Part shown: one piece after another, positions 23,321 to 34,640 of the stretch
Numbering within the stretch: the stretch's first letter is position 1
How the letters are laid out: each line of letters opens with the position of its first letter
Assembly (NCBI RefSeq): GCF_030144855.1
Contig: NC_082711.1
Coordinates: 58,838,001 to 58,902,000 of the forward strand
From: Hypanus sabinus
Taxonomy: Eukaryota
Reading direction: 5' to 3'
Length of the DNA: 64,000 nucleotides
The notes under the pieces: generated by a model
What the model was told of the DNA's origin: nothing
Seen by the model: only the letters and a program-made list of their open reading frames with translations
The model's database searches: none
Position numbers and translations under genes: made by a program

Positions 23321-25223
23321 AATACCCAGCAAGGCAAGTCAAGTAAGAAAGTAGGTTTGTACGCCTATTCCAACCTGAAGACATTTTCTGAGACAGGGAG
23401 GATCTAAAGCTTTCTTATTGTGCAAGAAGAGTATTCCAACTCCTTCTGAACAAGAGTCTTATCCACATTTGAAATACATTGTTACCGGCCAGGCCTTGGC
23501 CAGTTTGTGCATCTCTTGCTTGTATGCTTCCAGGAGGACTTTAAAATCTCGATTAAAGATTTAGAACAAGAAAACTGAGGGATGCTGGCACTTAAATTTT
23601 GATACTAATTCAGATATTGGCAGTTTGTGGACTACCTAAAACACTCAGATCTATTATATAAAACACTACAAATTCTAATTCCCTCAGTTTATGTCACAAC
23701 TTGCAGAACTCAGCTCCTTTATGGGTTTCAGACTTTTTTTGATGCTGTACAGTGATAGCATTGTTTTCCCATCCTGGTTTCAAACTGTTGGCATGGACTC
23801 TTGACATTTACAGATCAAAACAAAAGCTTGCAAGTGCAAAAATAAGAAATCATGTGCCCCACATTGTTTAGATAGATAATTTACTGACTTTGGGGCAATC
23901 TTATGATTTATAGAAGGCAACCACAAACCATTTACACTTCCATGAACTGTTCTTTAGTCCTCTCAAGTTTCTTACAGGCTCCAATATACGCAGCTAAGTA
24001 GAATTTCATTCCAAACTGTCAAAATAAATCTGCTTTTCCTTGCGGTCTGCTGCACAGCAAACATTGACAACAAAAAGAGAATGTCATTGCCTTAAATATG
24101 GTTCAAGCAAACGGAACTCCATTTATGGCTTTTTAGTGTAAGGCACGGAAATCTGGTTGACAACTGAGCAGATTGGTCCTGAATCAAGTGCACTGAAGCA
24201 ACAACGGGGACATTGCTGAAAGAAATAGCCACACTATTCATATTGGCATTCTGCTTTGATTGAATTTGAGAAGTACATCTAGATATCATTCATAAATTAC
24301 TATTGCAACTCCCTCCCTAAAAGAATTGCTATAAATGAAACAGAAGTAGAAGTCACTACACCGAAATGTCAGAGATTTGACAGGGTTATTGGAGCAGGGT
24401 TAAAGCGAAAACCCATAAAAGGGTGACTATAACCATCAAAATTTTCAGGGCTGGCATTTAAAAATTGCATTTACAGTAATTTTCACATTACCATCAATTC
24501 CTTTGCTAAGTGGCTCAACTGAGAACTTACTGGGCAAACCCACATATGCTAGTTGGCTTTTTGTAATTTCTCATTTATTGAAAGACAATTTACTGAACTG
24601 CAAATGAACAATTGCTTTAGATAGGATGTTGCAATATCAATATTTGTAATTATATAGTACAGCTACACTTAATTTTGCAACCCAAACTTTTTATACTGTC
24701 TACACTCTTAGAATCTTATTGTCGTTGCATTCCACTCCCATTGCAGCTGTGGTTAAGTTGATTAAGGTTATTTCTTGTACAAATATTCTACCACATCTCA
24801 GTGGAGTTTTGCAACTGGATTTCTGGGGAAAAGGAACATGATAATTTCAAGTTCCAAGTACATTTATGATCAAAGTACGTATATTATATACAACATTGAG
24901 ATTTGTCTTCTTGCAGGCAGCCACAAAACAAAGAAACACAATAGCATCACAAACAAGAGAAAACTTACAGATGCTGGAAATTCAAACAACACACACTAAA
25001 TGCTGGAGGAACTCAGCAGGCCAGGCAGCATTTATGGAAAAAAGTACAGTTGACACTTCAGGTCAAAACCCTTCGGCAGGACTGAAGAAGAAAAGCTGAG
25101 GAGTAGATTTGAAAGGTGGGGGAGGAAGGGAGAGAGAAATGCCGGGCGATAGGTAAAATATGGAGGAAGAGGGATGAAGCTAAGAAATGGGAAGTTGATT
25201 GGTGAAAGAGACAGAAGGCCGTG

Positions 25224-26266
25224 TGTATTGTACATGCAAACCTGGGGAAAGTACCTCTTATGTGCATGCAACACTATAAAGTTTCAGCAGCAATACAGTC
25301 TGGTTTTGCTGTTAACAAACACTATTTTTTTAGTAACTACATAATACAGTAACTTAAACCAGGTAAACCAAGGGTTAGCAGTGTTATTTAGCAGTGTTAT
25401 GCATATATAGGTGTATAGATAAAGTTCCCCGAGCAAATTCAAGCTCAGGTGGTAAGAGTTACAGTCTCACGATGGTATGTAATGAAGTTCAGTTCAGTTC
25501 ACATCCATGGAATTTGAAGCGAGAAAGAGATATTTGTATCCAAGGCAAAATCCACGATAGGAGAAAAACAAATAAACAGGTATCGTTCATCTTCCCGTTG
25601 TCCTCCGAATCCTCACACAAAGTACCACCAACGGTAGCTTATCACAAAAGGGACCATCTTCAAGGGAACCTCCACCAAGGCAAAGGTCGACACAGTAGTT
25701 ACCCCAAACACACAACATGATAGCCACTTATCCAGTTGCACAACATACAAAATAACTCCAACAGTGATTTGCCACGGGGGTGCCTTTCTTCGGTGAACTA
25801 CCACACCCAAACAAAGGGCAAACACACACGTGGTATTCACAAAGGTTTTCCCCTCACCAGAGAACCCACTTCTGCAGATTAACTCTGTGACAAACACACT
25901 TTCATATCCGAATTGAAACAAACTCACCCTCACGGGCTACTTGGAGAGAGGGTCCAAACAATGATCTCTTTGTCACTAGGTTTCTTCTGTTTCAAACCTT
26001 CTTCTCCTCTCCTCTCTCTGCAAACTTCTTCTAGTTGCAGCCATCTGGTGAGAGCCACTTATCAATACTCCAGATTGATGTCAACTCACCCCTTTTGGGC
26101 TACTGAAAATTTAAACCAGTGACTGCACTCACTAGAGTCTTTCATTAACCGAAACAATCTGGACCCTGACAGTGTGTCTCTCTCTTTGCGTCTGCGAGAG
26201 AATCATCTGACCCTTCAAAACAAGCCGCAAACTGGTATAAACATTCACTGTCCATCAAATAACTCC

Positions 26267-26300
<34 letters not shown>

Positions 26301-26423
26301 ATGGCAACTCAGCAATTCTTTAGTCAGCAGAAATCCAACAGTGTCCAAAAGTCAGTCTCATTCTCTCGGCCACTTAAAGTGACAGTCCACAGGAAAAAAA
26401 ATGAACCCTAGGGGTATATAACA
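25224..26423. mobile_element. Solo LTR (1200 bp)
   Basis: TGTATTGTAC...GTATATAACA termini (TG...CA, imperfect inverted repeat). Flanked by CGTG/CATG (4-bp TSD, 1 mismatch). Splits a Penelope sequence at gaaggc|catggaag. No coding domains. Confidence 0.8.
26269..26297 (+). repeat. (CT)n microsatellite inside the solo LTR
   Basis: Seen directly. Confidence 0.9.
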
Positions 26424-27706
26424 CATGGAAGAAAGAAAAAAAAGGGGGGCAGGGATGGAGCACCAGAGGGAGGCAATGGGGTGATGGGCAGGCAAGGAGA
26501 TAACATGAGGGAGGGATAAGGGAATGGGATATAGTGAAGTGGCAGGGGGAGGGGGGGACATTACAGTAAGTTTGAGAAGTCGATGTTCATGTCACCAGGT
26601 TGGAGGCTACCCAAATGGAATACAAGGTGTTGCTCCTCCAACCTTAGTGTGTCCTTATCCCGACAGAGGATAATAGAACTACTTTAAAAACAAGCACACA
26701 TCAAAAACTATCAAACACATAATGTGTGAACAAAATTAAACAAATAACACACAGAACATGAACTGCAGAGTCTCTGAAAGTGAGTCCTCAGCCACGGTAC
26801 CAATTCAGGCCGAGGCAAGTGAAGCTAGTCTAGCAGCCCAGTAACTACAGGCCACAGCCACTGAGCTGAGCGCTGATGGCTGCAGGCCACAACATCACAG
26901 AGTCACTTCAGCACTGAAGTGAGTAAGCCTCACTGAGTGGTGAGCTGAACACCGGTTTGTCCTTCACCCTCACCCTTGACACCTTAGACATTTTAAATCT
27001 GCCTCACGAATTAAATAGGTCAAACACCAGTTTGCTTTTTTGCTCTCAGGCCCAGGCTTCACACTTCAATCTGGCACCAAATCTGCTCTAGCAATGGCCG
27101 TTATAGCTGTACCTGGATTCTCGAGAGTCCAGTTCGCCAATTCCTGCAGGATACCACAAAAACCCCAGATCATACAAACAGTTCAAAAGTACAGCTCCCA
27201 AAGGCAAATTACACACTGTGGATTTCAGTGATCATAGTGCAGAAAAAGTATAATTAACAGAATAGTTAGAGTTTTGTTTGCTGTCTGTCTCACCAGTGGC
27301 ATCTCCGATAATCTATGCAAATTTGAGATGGTGTGTCAATTACTTATTAATGAAAAAGTAATGAATGGGGATGGTGTTAGAATATCAATTGGCACAAGCA
27401 AAAGGGCCATTAAATGTTTTCCATTCAAGCCTGCAAAAAAAATCACTTCAGAGGTTAGCCTCCCTGCTTCATATGAAAGTCTGAAGTTAGGGCACATTCC
27501 CATTGATATTGAATGCCATCCTTTTAATATGAGCGCAAACAATGCACCTTGGTAGGATATTTATATGGTGAGGTGAACATCACTCATCTTAATGCCATCA
27601 ACTAAACTTGCACACATTTGCATCTTTTAAAGGGGTCACTGAATGCAAAGAAAAACACTCTCTGTTTTTGTTCCATTCACATCCAAATGACATATGGCCA
27701 ATATCA

Positions 27707-27899
27707 AACAACAACACACACAAAATGCTGGTGGAACACAGCAGGCCATGCAGCATCTATAGGGAGAAGCACTGTCGACGTTTCGGGCCGAGAACCTTCG
27801 ACGTTTCTCCCTATAGATGCTGCCTGGCCTGCTGTGTTCCACCAGCATTTTGTGAGTTGTTGTTGTTTGAATTTCCAGCATCTGCAGATTTCCTCGTGT
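27707..27899. mobile_element. Penelope-derived fold-back mini-element
   Basis: About 65-bp inverted arms (27704-27768 and 27805-27870) made of the Penelope 3' end. Flanked by a 14-bp direct repeat TATGGCCAATATCA (27693-27706 and 27900-27913). Confidence 0.9.
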
Positions 27900-29699
27900 T
27901 ATGGCCAATATCAGCCAGCTTCTTGATCAATAGGACATAGCACACATGCTCCATTTACTCAGTAAGCAATTGAAAGAATTTTAATCATCTGTTAATAAAC
28001 ATAAAATAAAATGCAGTCAATCTTGTCAAATATATTTATTGCTTATGGAAACAAATGATAAGTTAGGCATTTAACTTACAGATTGGGGAAAATACAAAGA
28101 AAGAATAGGGATAAGACTCCCATCTACTAATGAGTTATTTCCTCAACTAAAGAAAGTCAAAACCAGAATACACAAAAGCAAGACACTGTTCATTTAAACA
28201 GTTGCACTGAAACTGAGGATCAAGGCTCTCAATTAGTATAATTTATACAGGGTTTCTTCCACTGTGGGAGGAATGACCTTACATTGCCCTGCTCCTCGGG
28301 AGGATTTTCTTTGAAAAGATTTTTTTTTTAGCTAGTTACACCAGTAGAGATTGAATTCTACATTCAGGCTTGAAGTATTTAATCATATGGAGGGGCGGGG
28401 AAATTATTCAGCTTTGTGCTGACAGTGGCCATCTGTACTCTTACCTCTTTGAAGATGAATCTGTACAAGATATTACAATATATTGTAGAGAAACCAGAAT
28501 TTCCATCAACATACCCAAGGCAAAGGAAAGACATTTTAGTTAATGCCAGGGTTTGAACTCACATAAAATGCTGGATAGTATTTTATAAATCCATGTGAGT
28601 ACCAAGTTGTCAGCTGGTACTTTCCACAATCCAGATCTACGTGCTGACGGATGTAGTGAAAGTGGGTGCATGTGCTATGAAGGCTCTGCAAAGACAGGAT
28701 ACAATTTAAGGCTCTCCTGCTAAGCACACTGAGGAGATGAAACCCATGAAAAATCAAACCATTAAGAAAAATATCTGTTAGGTCAATAAAATGTGAACCT
28801 TGCACATGAATAGAATTCTGTGGTATGTAATGTGAATTTTGCCATACTGTATCATATACTTGCAGATTTTATGAATAACCCATTGCTTAGTCATTAATGT
28901 TTAAACATTAATCAGTCTAGGAAAACATCATCAGTAGCCACTCAATTACAATACTCATTAACCAAAAGATAAAGTCATATTTTCATCCAGGCATTACCAG
29001 TTCTAGTTTACAGTCTGCGATGGAAAAAATGAAAAAGATTTAGAGAGACTGGCTCCAGAGTTATAAGATACGACAGATATCTGTTAAGTTTTGAACTCAG
29101 TCTATGAAACCATTCTTGTTTTAAATGGATGATAACCATACACTAACACATATCATCAATCTAAAACGTATGAAGTGAAAAACCTCCAAGGACAAACCAG
29201 AGCACATATCTACCAGCTGATTCCTGAGCACACATTTAGTACGAAGGACTGCAGGCAGAGGTCTCGTGTGTTCCTTAGCGTGTGGTCTACTGTAAAACTT
29301 ACCTTGCTTACAAAACCAATTTAATTGTCCACTTGAATTTGGAGCAACAGTGGTAGAATAATATGGATATTTTACTGCAGTTATTCCTGGATGGAAACAT
29401 TAATTTTTACTCCATTCTGCATCATGATAAATAAACCATCTTTATTTCATTTGCACTCGTTACTATTTAAACGGATCTTATGCAAATAGCATGCTGTGCA
29501 GCCAATTAATTCAATTAACTATCATTAAAATAGAACTCGTGTATCCACCTCAATACAGGTTAAGGTTAGTAAAACTGCAAGTACATACCTCTTTCAGTTC
29601 TTAAAATGCAACCCCTAAAATATTCTAAACTATTGTTGCCTTTAACTGTTGTAGCTGTCTTTACTATCTACAGACTGCACAAGTGCTATTATAAAGTTA

Positions 29700-30095
29700 G
29701 CAAGCCATAGACCACAGGAGCAAAATTAGGCCAATCAGCACATCAGATCTGCTCCTCCATTCCATCATGGTCAATTTGTTATCCCTCTGAACTCCATTCT
29801 CCTCCCTTCTCCCCGTTAATTTTTGATACCCTGACTTGGACTCCGCAACTGTTTGTGACAATAGATTCCATAGATTCACTACATTCTGGCTAAAGAAATT
29901 CTCCCTCATCTCTGTTCTAAATAAACATTCCTCTATTCTGAGGCTGTGCCCTCTGTTCCTAGACTCACCTACTATAGGAAATGTCCTCTCCACATCCACC
30001 CTATCTAGGGCTTTCAATATTCAATAGATTTCAGTGATATTCTTCTAAACTTTAGCAAGTGCAGACCCAGAGCCTAAGGGTTTTCATACATTAAC
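29700..30095 (-). mobile_element. CR1 LINE 3' fragment
   Basis: LDRVDVERTFPIVGESRNRGHSLRI...FFSQNVVNLWN. Confidence 0.88.
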
Positions 30096-30119
30096 CTTGT
30101 GGAATTTACTGTTAAGATT

Positions 30120-30412
30120 GGATGGCACAGTAGCATACTACAGCGACACTACTACAGCTCGGGCCATCAGAGTTTGAGCTCGATTCCGATGTCATCTGTA
30201 AGGAATCTGTACCTCCTCCCAGTGAAATACATGGGTTTTCTCCATGTACTCCAGTTTCCTCCTACTGTCTCAAAATGTACTGGTTCGTAGGTTAATTGGT
30301 CACTGAAAGTTGCCTCATGGTTAGGCTAGGGTTAAATTGGGGGTTGCTGGGCAGTGCAGTTTGAAGGGATGGAAGGCCCATTCCATACTATACCTCAAAA
30401 AATAAATAAAAT
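30120..30412 (+). mobile_element. HE1/V-domain-like tRNA SINE
   Basis: ggcacagtagc...gagctcgattccg...ctgtaagg...atgggttttctcc...ccagtttcctcc...aggttaattggtc. Confidence 0.82.
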
Positions 30413-30519
30413 AAACATTTCCATAAGTATAATCTACCTCATTCTATGTTAATACAATTGAACACCTAAAATAGGTTACCATTACTTGCTTAATACAGTG
30501 CTTAACGGCACATTACATT

Positions 30520-31900
30520 AAAGAATCAAAGTTATACTGTATGGAAACAGGCTCTTTGGCCCAAATTGTCCAAGCCAAACAAGGAGCTTTCCTAAGCTAG
30601 TCCTAGTTGCCTGAATTTGGCCTATAGCCCTATAAAGCTCTTACAGCCATGAATATGTTCCAAGTGTCCTTTAAGTATTTTAACTATGCCCCTGTTCCCT
30701 GACAGCTCATTCTATACACCCGCCACCATGTGTGGAAGAAATTTTTGCCAGCAATTTCATCCCTTGCTTCCTCAATGTCCAAGGAGAAACTGGGCCAGAG
30801 CCTAGGGATTTATTCACATTAATGGAACTCAAGACACCTCTTTCATAATATTGCTATGTTCCAGGACATCACTGTTATTTTCCCCAAACTCCCCAGCTTC
30901 CACGACCTTCGCCACAGTAAACAGAGGTCACTGAAAATCTTAACCATCTCCCAGGGCTCCAAACATAGATGATAACACTGATCTTTGAGTGGCCCTGCCC
31001 TCTCCCTAGTTAACTATTTGCTCTTCTATACGTATAGAATGTCTGGATTTTCTTTTAACACATCTACCAAAGATTTCTCATGCCCCCTTCTTTTCCCTCC
31101 TGATTAAGTGTGGGCCTACATTTCTTATACTCAAGGAATTTGTTAGATCCCAGCTGCAAATAGGTGATAGATTCCCAAATTCTCCAACATTGCCCTTCAC
31201 CCAAAAAGGAACACAACTCTGCCCATCTCGCGTCTGAAAGCCTCCCACTTGCCAGACATCCTTTTACTTACTAAGAGCTGCTCCTGATCAAACTTTCCAA
31301 TTTATTGTTTAATGCCACCAAATTAACATGCACCAAATTAGAATTTTAACTTGTGGATCACTCCTGTTTTTTCTTTCTCACAACTATTTTAAAAACAGGA
31401 TTATGTCACCAGTCCTAAAGTACTCCCCCAGGCATTGAATCAGACTCATTCTCCAAGAGGAAGTCGAGGATGCCCTTTCTCTGGAGGGCCATCTTCATAC
31501 TGCCTGAGGAAACCTTCCCAGACATACGTAACAAATTCTGCATCATCTAATCACTTAGTACTGGGCAGTCTCGGTCAGTATTTCAAAGGATAAACTCACT
31601 TACTACTACAACTTCATTATTCTTACAGCTATTTATGATCTTCCTATGCATTTGTTCTTCTAAAATCCACCTTCAGTGCAATCCCAAAGCAATCACACCC
31701 TTCATATTTCTATCTATATACAGCCACTCTAGATGTTCCTCCTGAATATACTCTTAAGTACTGCCAAGGTATTCTCCCGAATTGAAACCGCAGCTCCTTC
31801 CCCTCTTTTTACCCAACTTCTATCACGCTTTATGATATCAGTACCTTCCAACAATATGCTACCACTCTTGTGCATTCCTCAACTGTGCTTCTGCAATAGC
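30520..31900 (-). mobile_element. CR1 LINE, decayed ORF2 endonuclease region plus a 3' end piece
   Basis: 31450-31610 on the minus strand reads as degenerate EFVTYVWEGFLRQYEDGP...ILDFLLEN (CR1 APE domain). Confidence 0.7.
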
Positions 31901-32592
31901 AATAATTTCACAATCCCATTGTGATAGGATGGATCAAAAGCCCTCCCAAAGTTCCTATGAATGGCTTGTAACCCGCACAGTTCACAAGCCAGAAATGTGC
32001 TCGCAAAATGACCATCTATATGCCAGAAGACGCCTGCAGCCCCAGAGCTGTCGGCAAATCCATCCCAGTCATTTCTCAAACACTCATTTGTATGTATGCG
32101 TTTTATAAAAGTTGGATGTTTTAAAGCTGGTAAGGGCCTGTAGTCAAGGCTGGGTCTGGAAATATGAAGCAGGATTCCAACAGACGGTGTTCTATTTAAA
32201 AAAAATCACTTAATGGCAACATGAAAGAAACCTATATGCAACTTCAAAGGAAATATGCACATTAGTCGAGGTAACATGATAGACGATCCGAAAAGGGAGC
32301 TAGATCATTTGCAACACACAGACTGGATACATTAATTTCTACAGTAAATGGAACTTTCAAGCAATTTATCTTCAAAGGGATATATTCTTCCTGGTGAGGG
32401 CTGGTATATTATATGTTTATAAATTTAACTTATTTACACTTACAAACCTAATTTTTCCACGCACTACAAAACTTTCTTCTGTCCAGCCCCCAACTGGCAG
32501 GGAGCTGCAGGCTTCAGTTGCTGCCGATGGTGGACAGTTCTAGGGTTTAGAGCCAGTGATGGTGAGAGAAAGTGAGAGATGCATTTCCAAGT

Positions 32593-32810
32593 AGGCACGG
32601 TAGCACTATGCTTTACTGCACAGGCATTCCAGGTTCAATTCCCACGCTGCCTGTAAGGAGTTTGTACGTTCTCTCCGCGACTGCACGAGTTTCCTCTGGG
32701 TCCTCAGGTTTCCTCCCACAATCCAAAGACCCTCCAGTTGGTAGGTTATTTGGCCATTGTAAATTGTCCCATGATGAGGCTAGGATTAAACCAGGGGATT
32801 GCTGGGTGAA
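32593..32810 (+). mobile_element. HE1/V-domain-like tRNA SINE
   Basis: caggttcaattccc...ctgtaaggagtttgtacgttctctccgcg...ggtttcctcccacaatccaaagac. Confidence 0.85.
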
Positions 32811-33089
32811 CTTGCAAGCGATGGTGTTCCATGTTCCCATACCCTTTGTCCTAGTTTTGTGCAGGGCAGTCCCAGCAGCTCAGCTATGGTGATTTGCTCA
32901 GCTGTTTGGGTGATTTGCAACAGAAACTTGATGTTCCTCTCTACCTTATATAATTTTAAGGCATGATTTCTTGTAGCCCAATTTATTTATAACTGAGTTT
33001 GAAATCTCAGATCAGGTTTACTCGTCAGACCGCTTATTACTAACCGGGAAGCACAGCATCTGCGGGAAAACTTTCTTCATAGTGTTCGA

Positions 33090-34640
33090 TGTTTTCACTC
33101 TGGCTCTCCCAGTCCTATCCAAAGCAGTACTCCTTGTGATATCAAGACATGGTTGAGCACAGTAGATACAGCAAACATGATGGGACCAGCTAACACCTTG
33201 TTGTTGCACTGAAATCCTAATGCTTCAAAAGTAGCTGCAACTCTGGCCAAGCTTGTGCAGTTACAATACTGGCATCTATCTGACCACATGGAAAACTGCT
33301 TTGTTATGTACATCTTCATTAGAAATTGCAATAGAAACGCCAATTATCATCCAATCAGTCCACTATGATTCATTAAGGTGATGATGTGACATGTTCCTCT
33401 CTTATCGAACATTTTTATACTTCTTAAACTGTAATTTATAGGTTTTTAAAAAAATTATTATTACAAATAACAATGCACTGCTGCCGCAAATCAACAAATT
33501 TCACAACATATGCCAGTGATATTAAACCTGATTCTGATTATTAAGCAGCCGTTTTGTCTGTCATGCCCAACCTGGATTTCGACAAGATTCCCTGGCTTCA
33601 GGTCTCATCACAGCCCTGATTTAAACATGGACAAAGCAGCCAAACTCTTGAGCTGATCTAGAATGACTGTACTCGATACCAAGGCATTTGATGGAGAGTA
33701 TGGTGTTAAGGATCCCCGCTAAAACTGAAGTCAATGTTATCAAAGATAAACATACAGAGGTGATTGTGCAGATCAGATCATCTTCCCAGCCACAGGACAT
33801 CACTGTGTCCTTCAGGTACTGCCTTAGGCCCAACCTTCTTTCCAACACAAAGTACTGGTACAGGTTGAGTATCCCTTAATTGAAATGCTTGTGGCCAGAA
33901 GGGTTTTGAATTTTGGATTATTTTGGGGGATTTTTGAATATACAATGAATAGCTTGGGATCACCATCTTTCCCAACTCTGAATTTATGTGCAACCAGTAA
34001 GCAGTCTTCTCTTATTCTTGTTCATCACACACACACCATTTACCGCTGAGTCACCATCACCTAATCTGCCACTTCAATGAACAGAAACCCAAAGTTCAAA
34101 GTAAGTGTATTATCAAGTGACATACATGTACGCAACTGAACTCCTCACTGTTCTTGTCTAGAACAGCAGGTCTGCTGCTTGGTATCCTGAGGCAAATGAC
34201 CCTCTTTCAGACATCCCAAAACCCTCCAGTTAGGAGTGTAATAGAATATGCTCTGTTTGCCTCAAAGACTTCAACTCCAATAATTCTCAGGAAGCTCAAC
34301 AAGACTGAAGATGATGTAACTTATTTGATTGGTATCAACAACCTAAACATTAATTCCCTCCATCACAGGCATGCAAAGGCAGCAGTAGAAAAGTCCGCAG
34401 TACATTACATCAACAAAATTCAGTGCTCTCACTCCTCAGGGCATTTTAACGTTACCTTCCTAACCTGCAATCTTTGCTCTAAAGGAGAAAGGGGGCAGCA
34501 GCCTGAGAATGCCACCGTCTGCAGATCCCCCCCCCCCCCCCAAGTCACATACATCCTGACTTGAAAAATATATTGTCATTCCTTCTCTGCAACCGGGCCT
34601 ATATTCCAAATTCACGTGCCAATAACCCGGATTGTCGCTG
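33090..34640 (+). mobile_element. Ancient Jockey-group (CR1/L2/Crack-like) LINE RT, fragmented by younger insertions
   Basis: Degenerate TPCDIKTWLSTVDTANMMGP, LAKL, NYHPIS, GFRQ and, from 34230, VRSVIEY...NINSLHHR. Related pieces at about 58890-59060 and 59750-60070. Confidence 0.7.
33861..34030 (+). mobile_element. TcMar-Tigger (Tigger4/MER46-like) end fragment
   Basis: TA followed by CAGGTTGAGTATCCCTTAATTGAAATGCTTG...TTTTGGAT repeats, inserted into an older LINE. Confidence 0.65.

Larger units (their letters stand above)
24948..26670 (-). mobile_element. Penelope-like element 3' fragment, interrupted by the solo LTR
   Basis: 26560-26670 on the minus strand encodes TLRLEEQHLVFHLGSLQPGDMNIDFSN, the C-terminus of the Penelope GIY-YIG domain. 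A pyrimidine-rich UTR and the pLTR end with a hammerhead relic (25047-25084) follow. Confidence 0.85.

Noticed and set aside
28536-28805. Possible minus-strand exon after a good acceptor (cctgtctttgcag, near 28686)
   Set aside because: No convincing donor site and no recognisable peptide.
34154-34564. 136-aa ORF as a host gene
   Set aside because: It is the decayed C-terminus of a LINE ORF2 (VRSVIEY...SLHHR).
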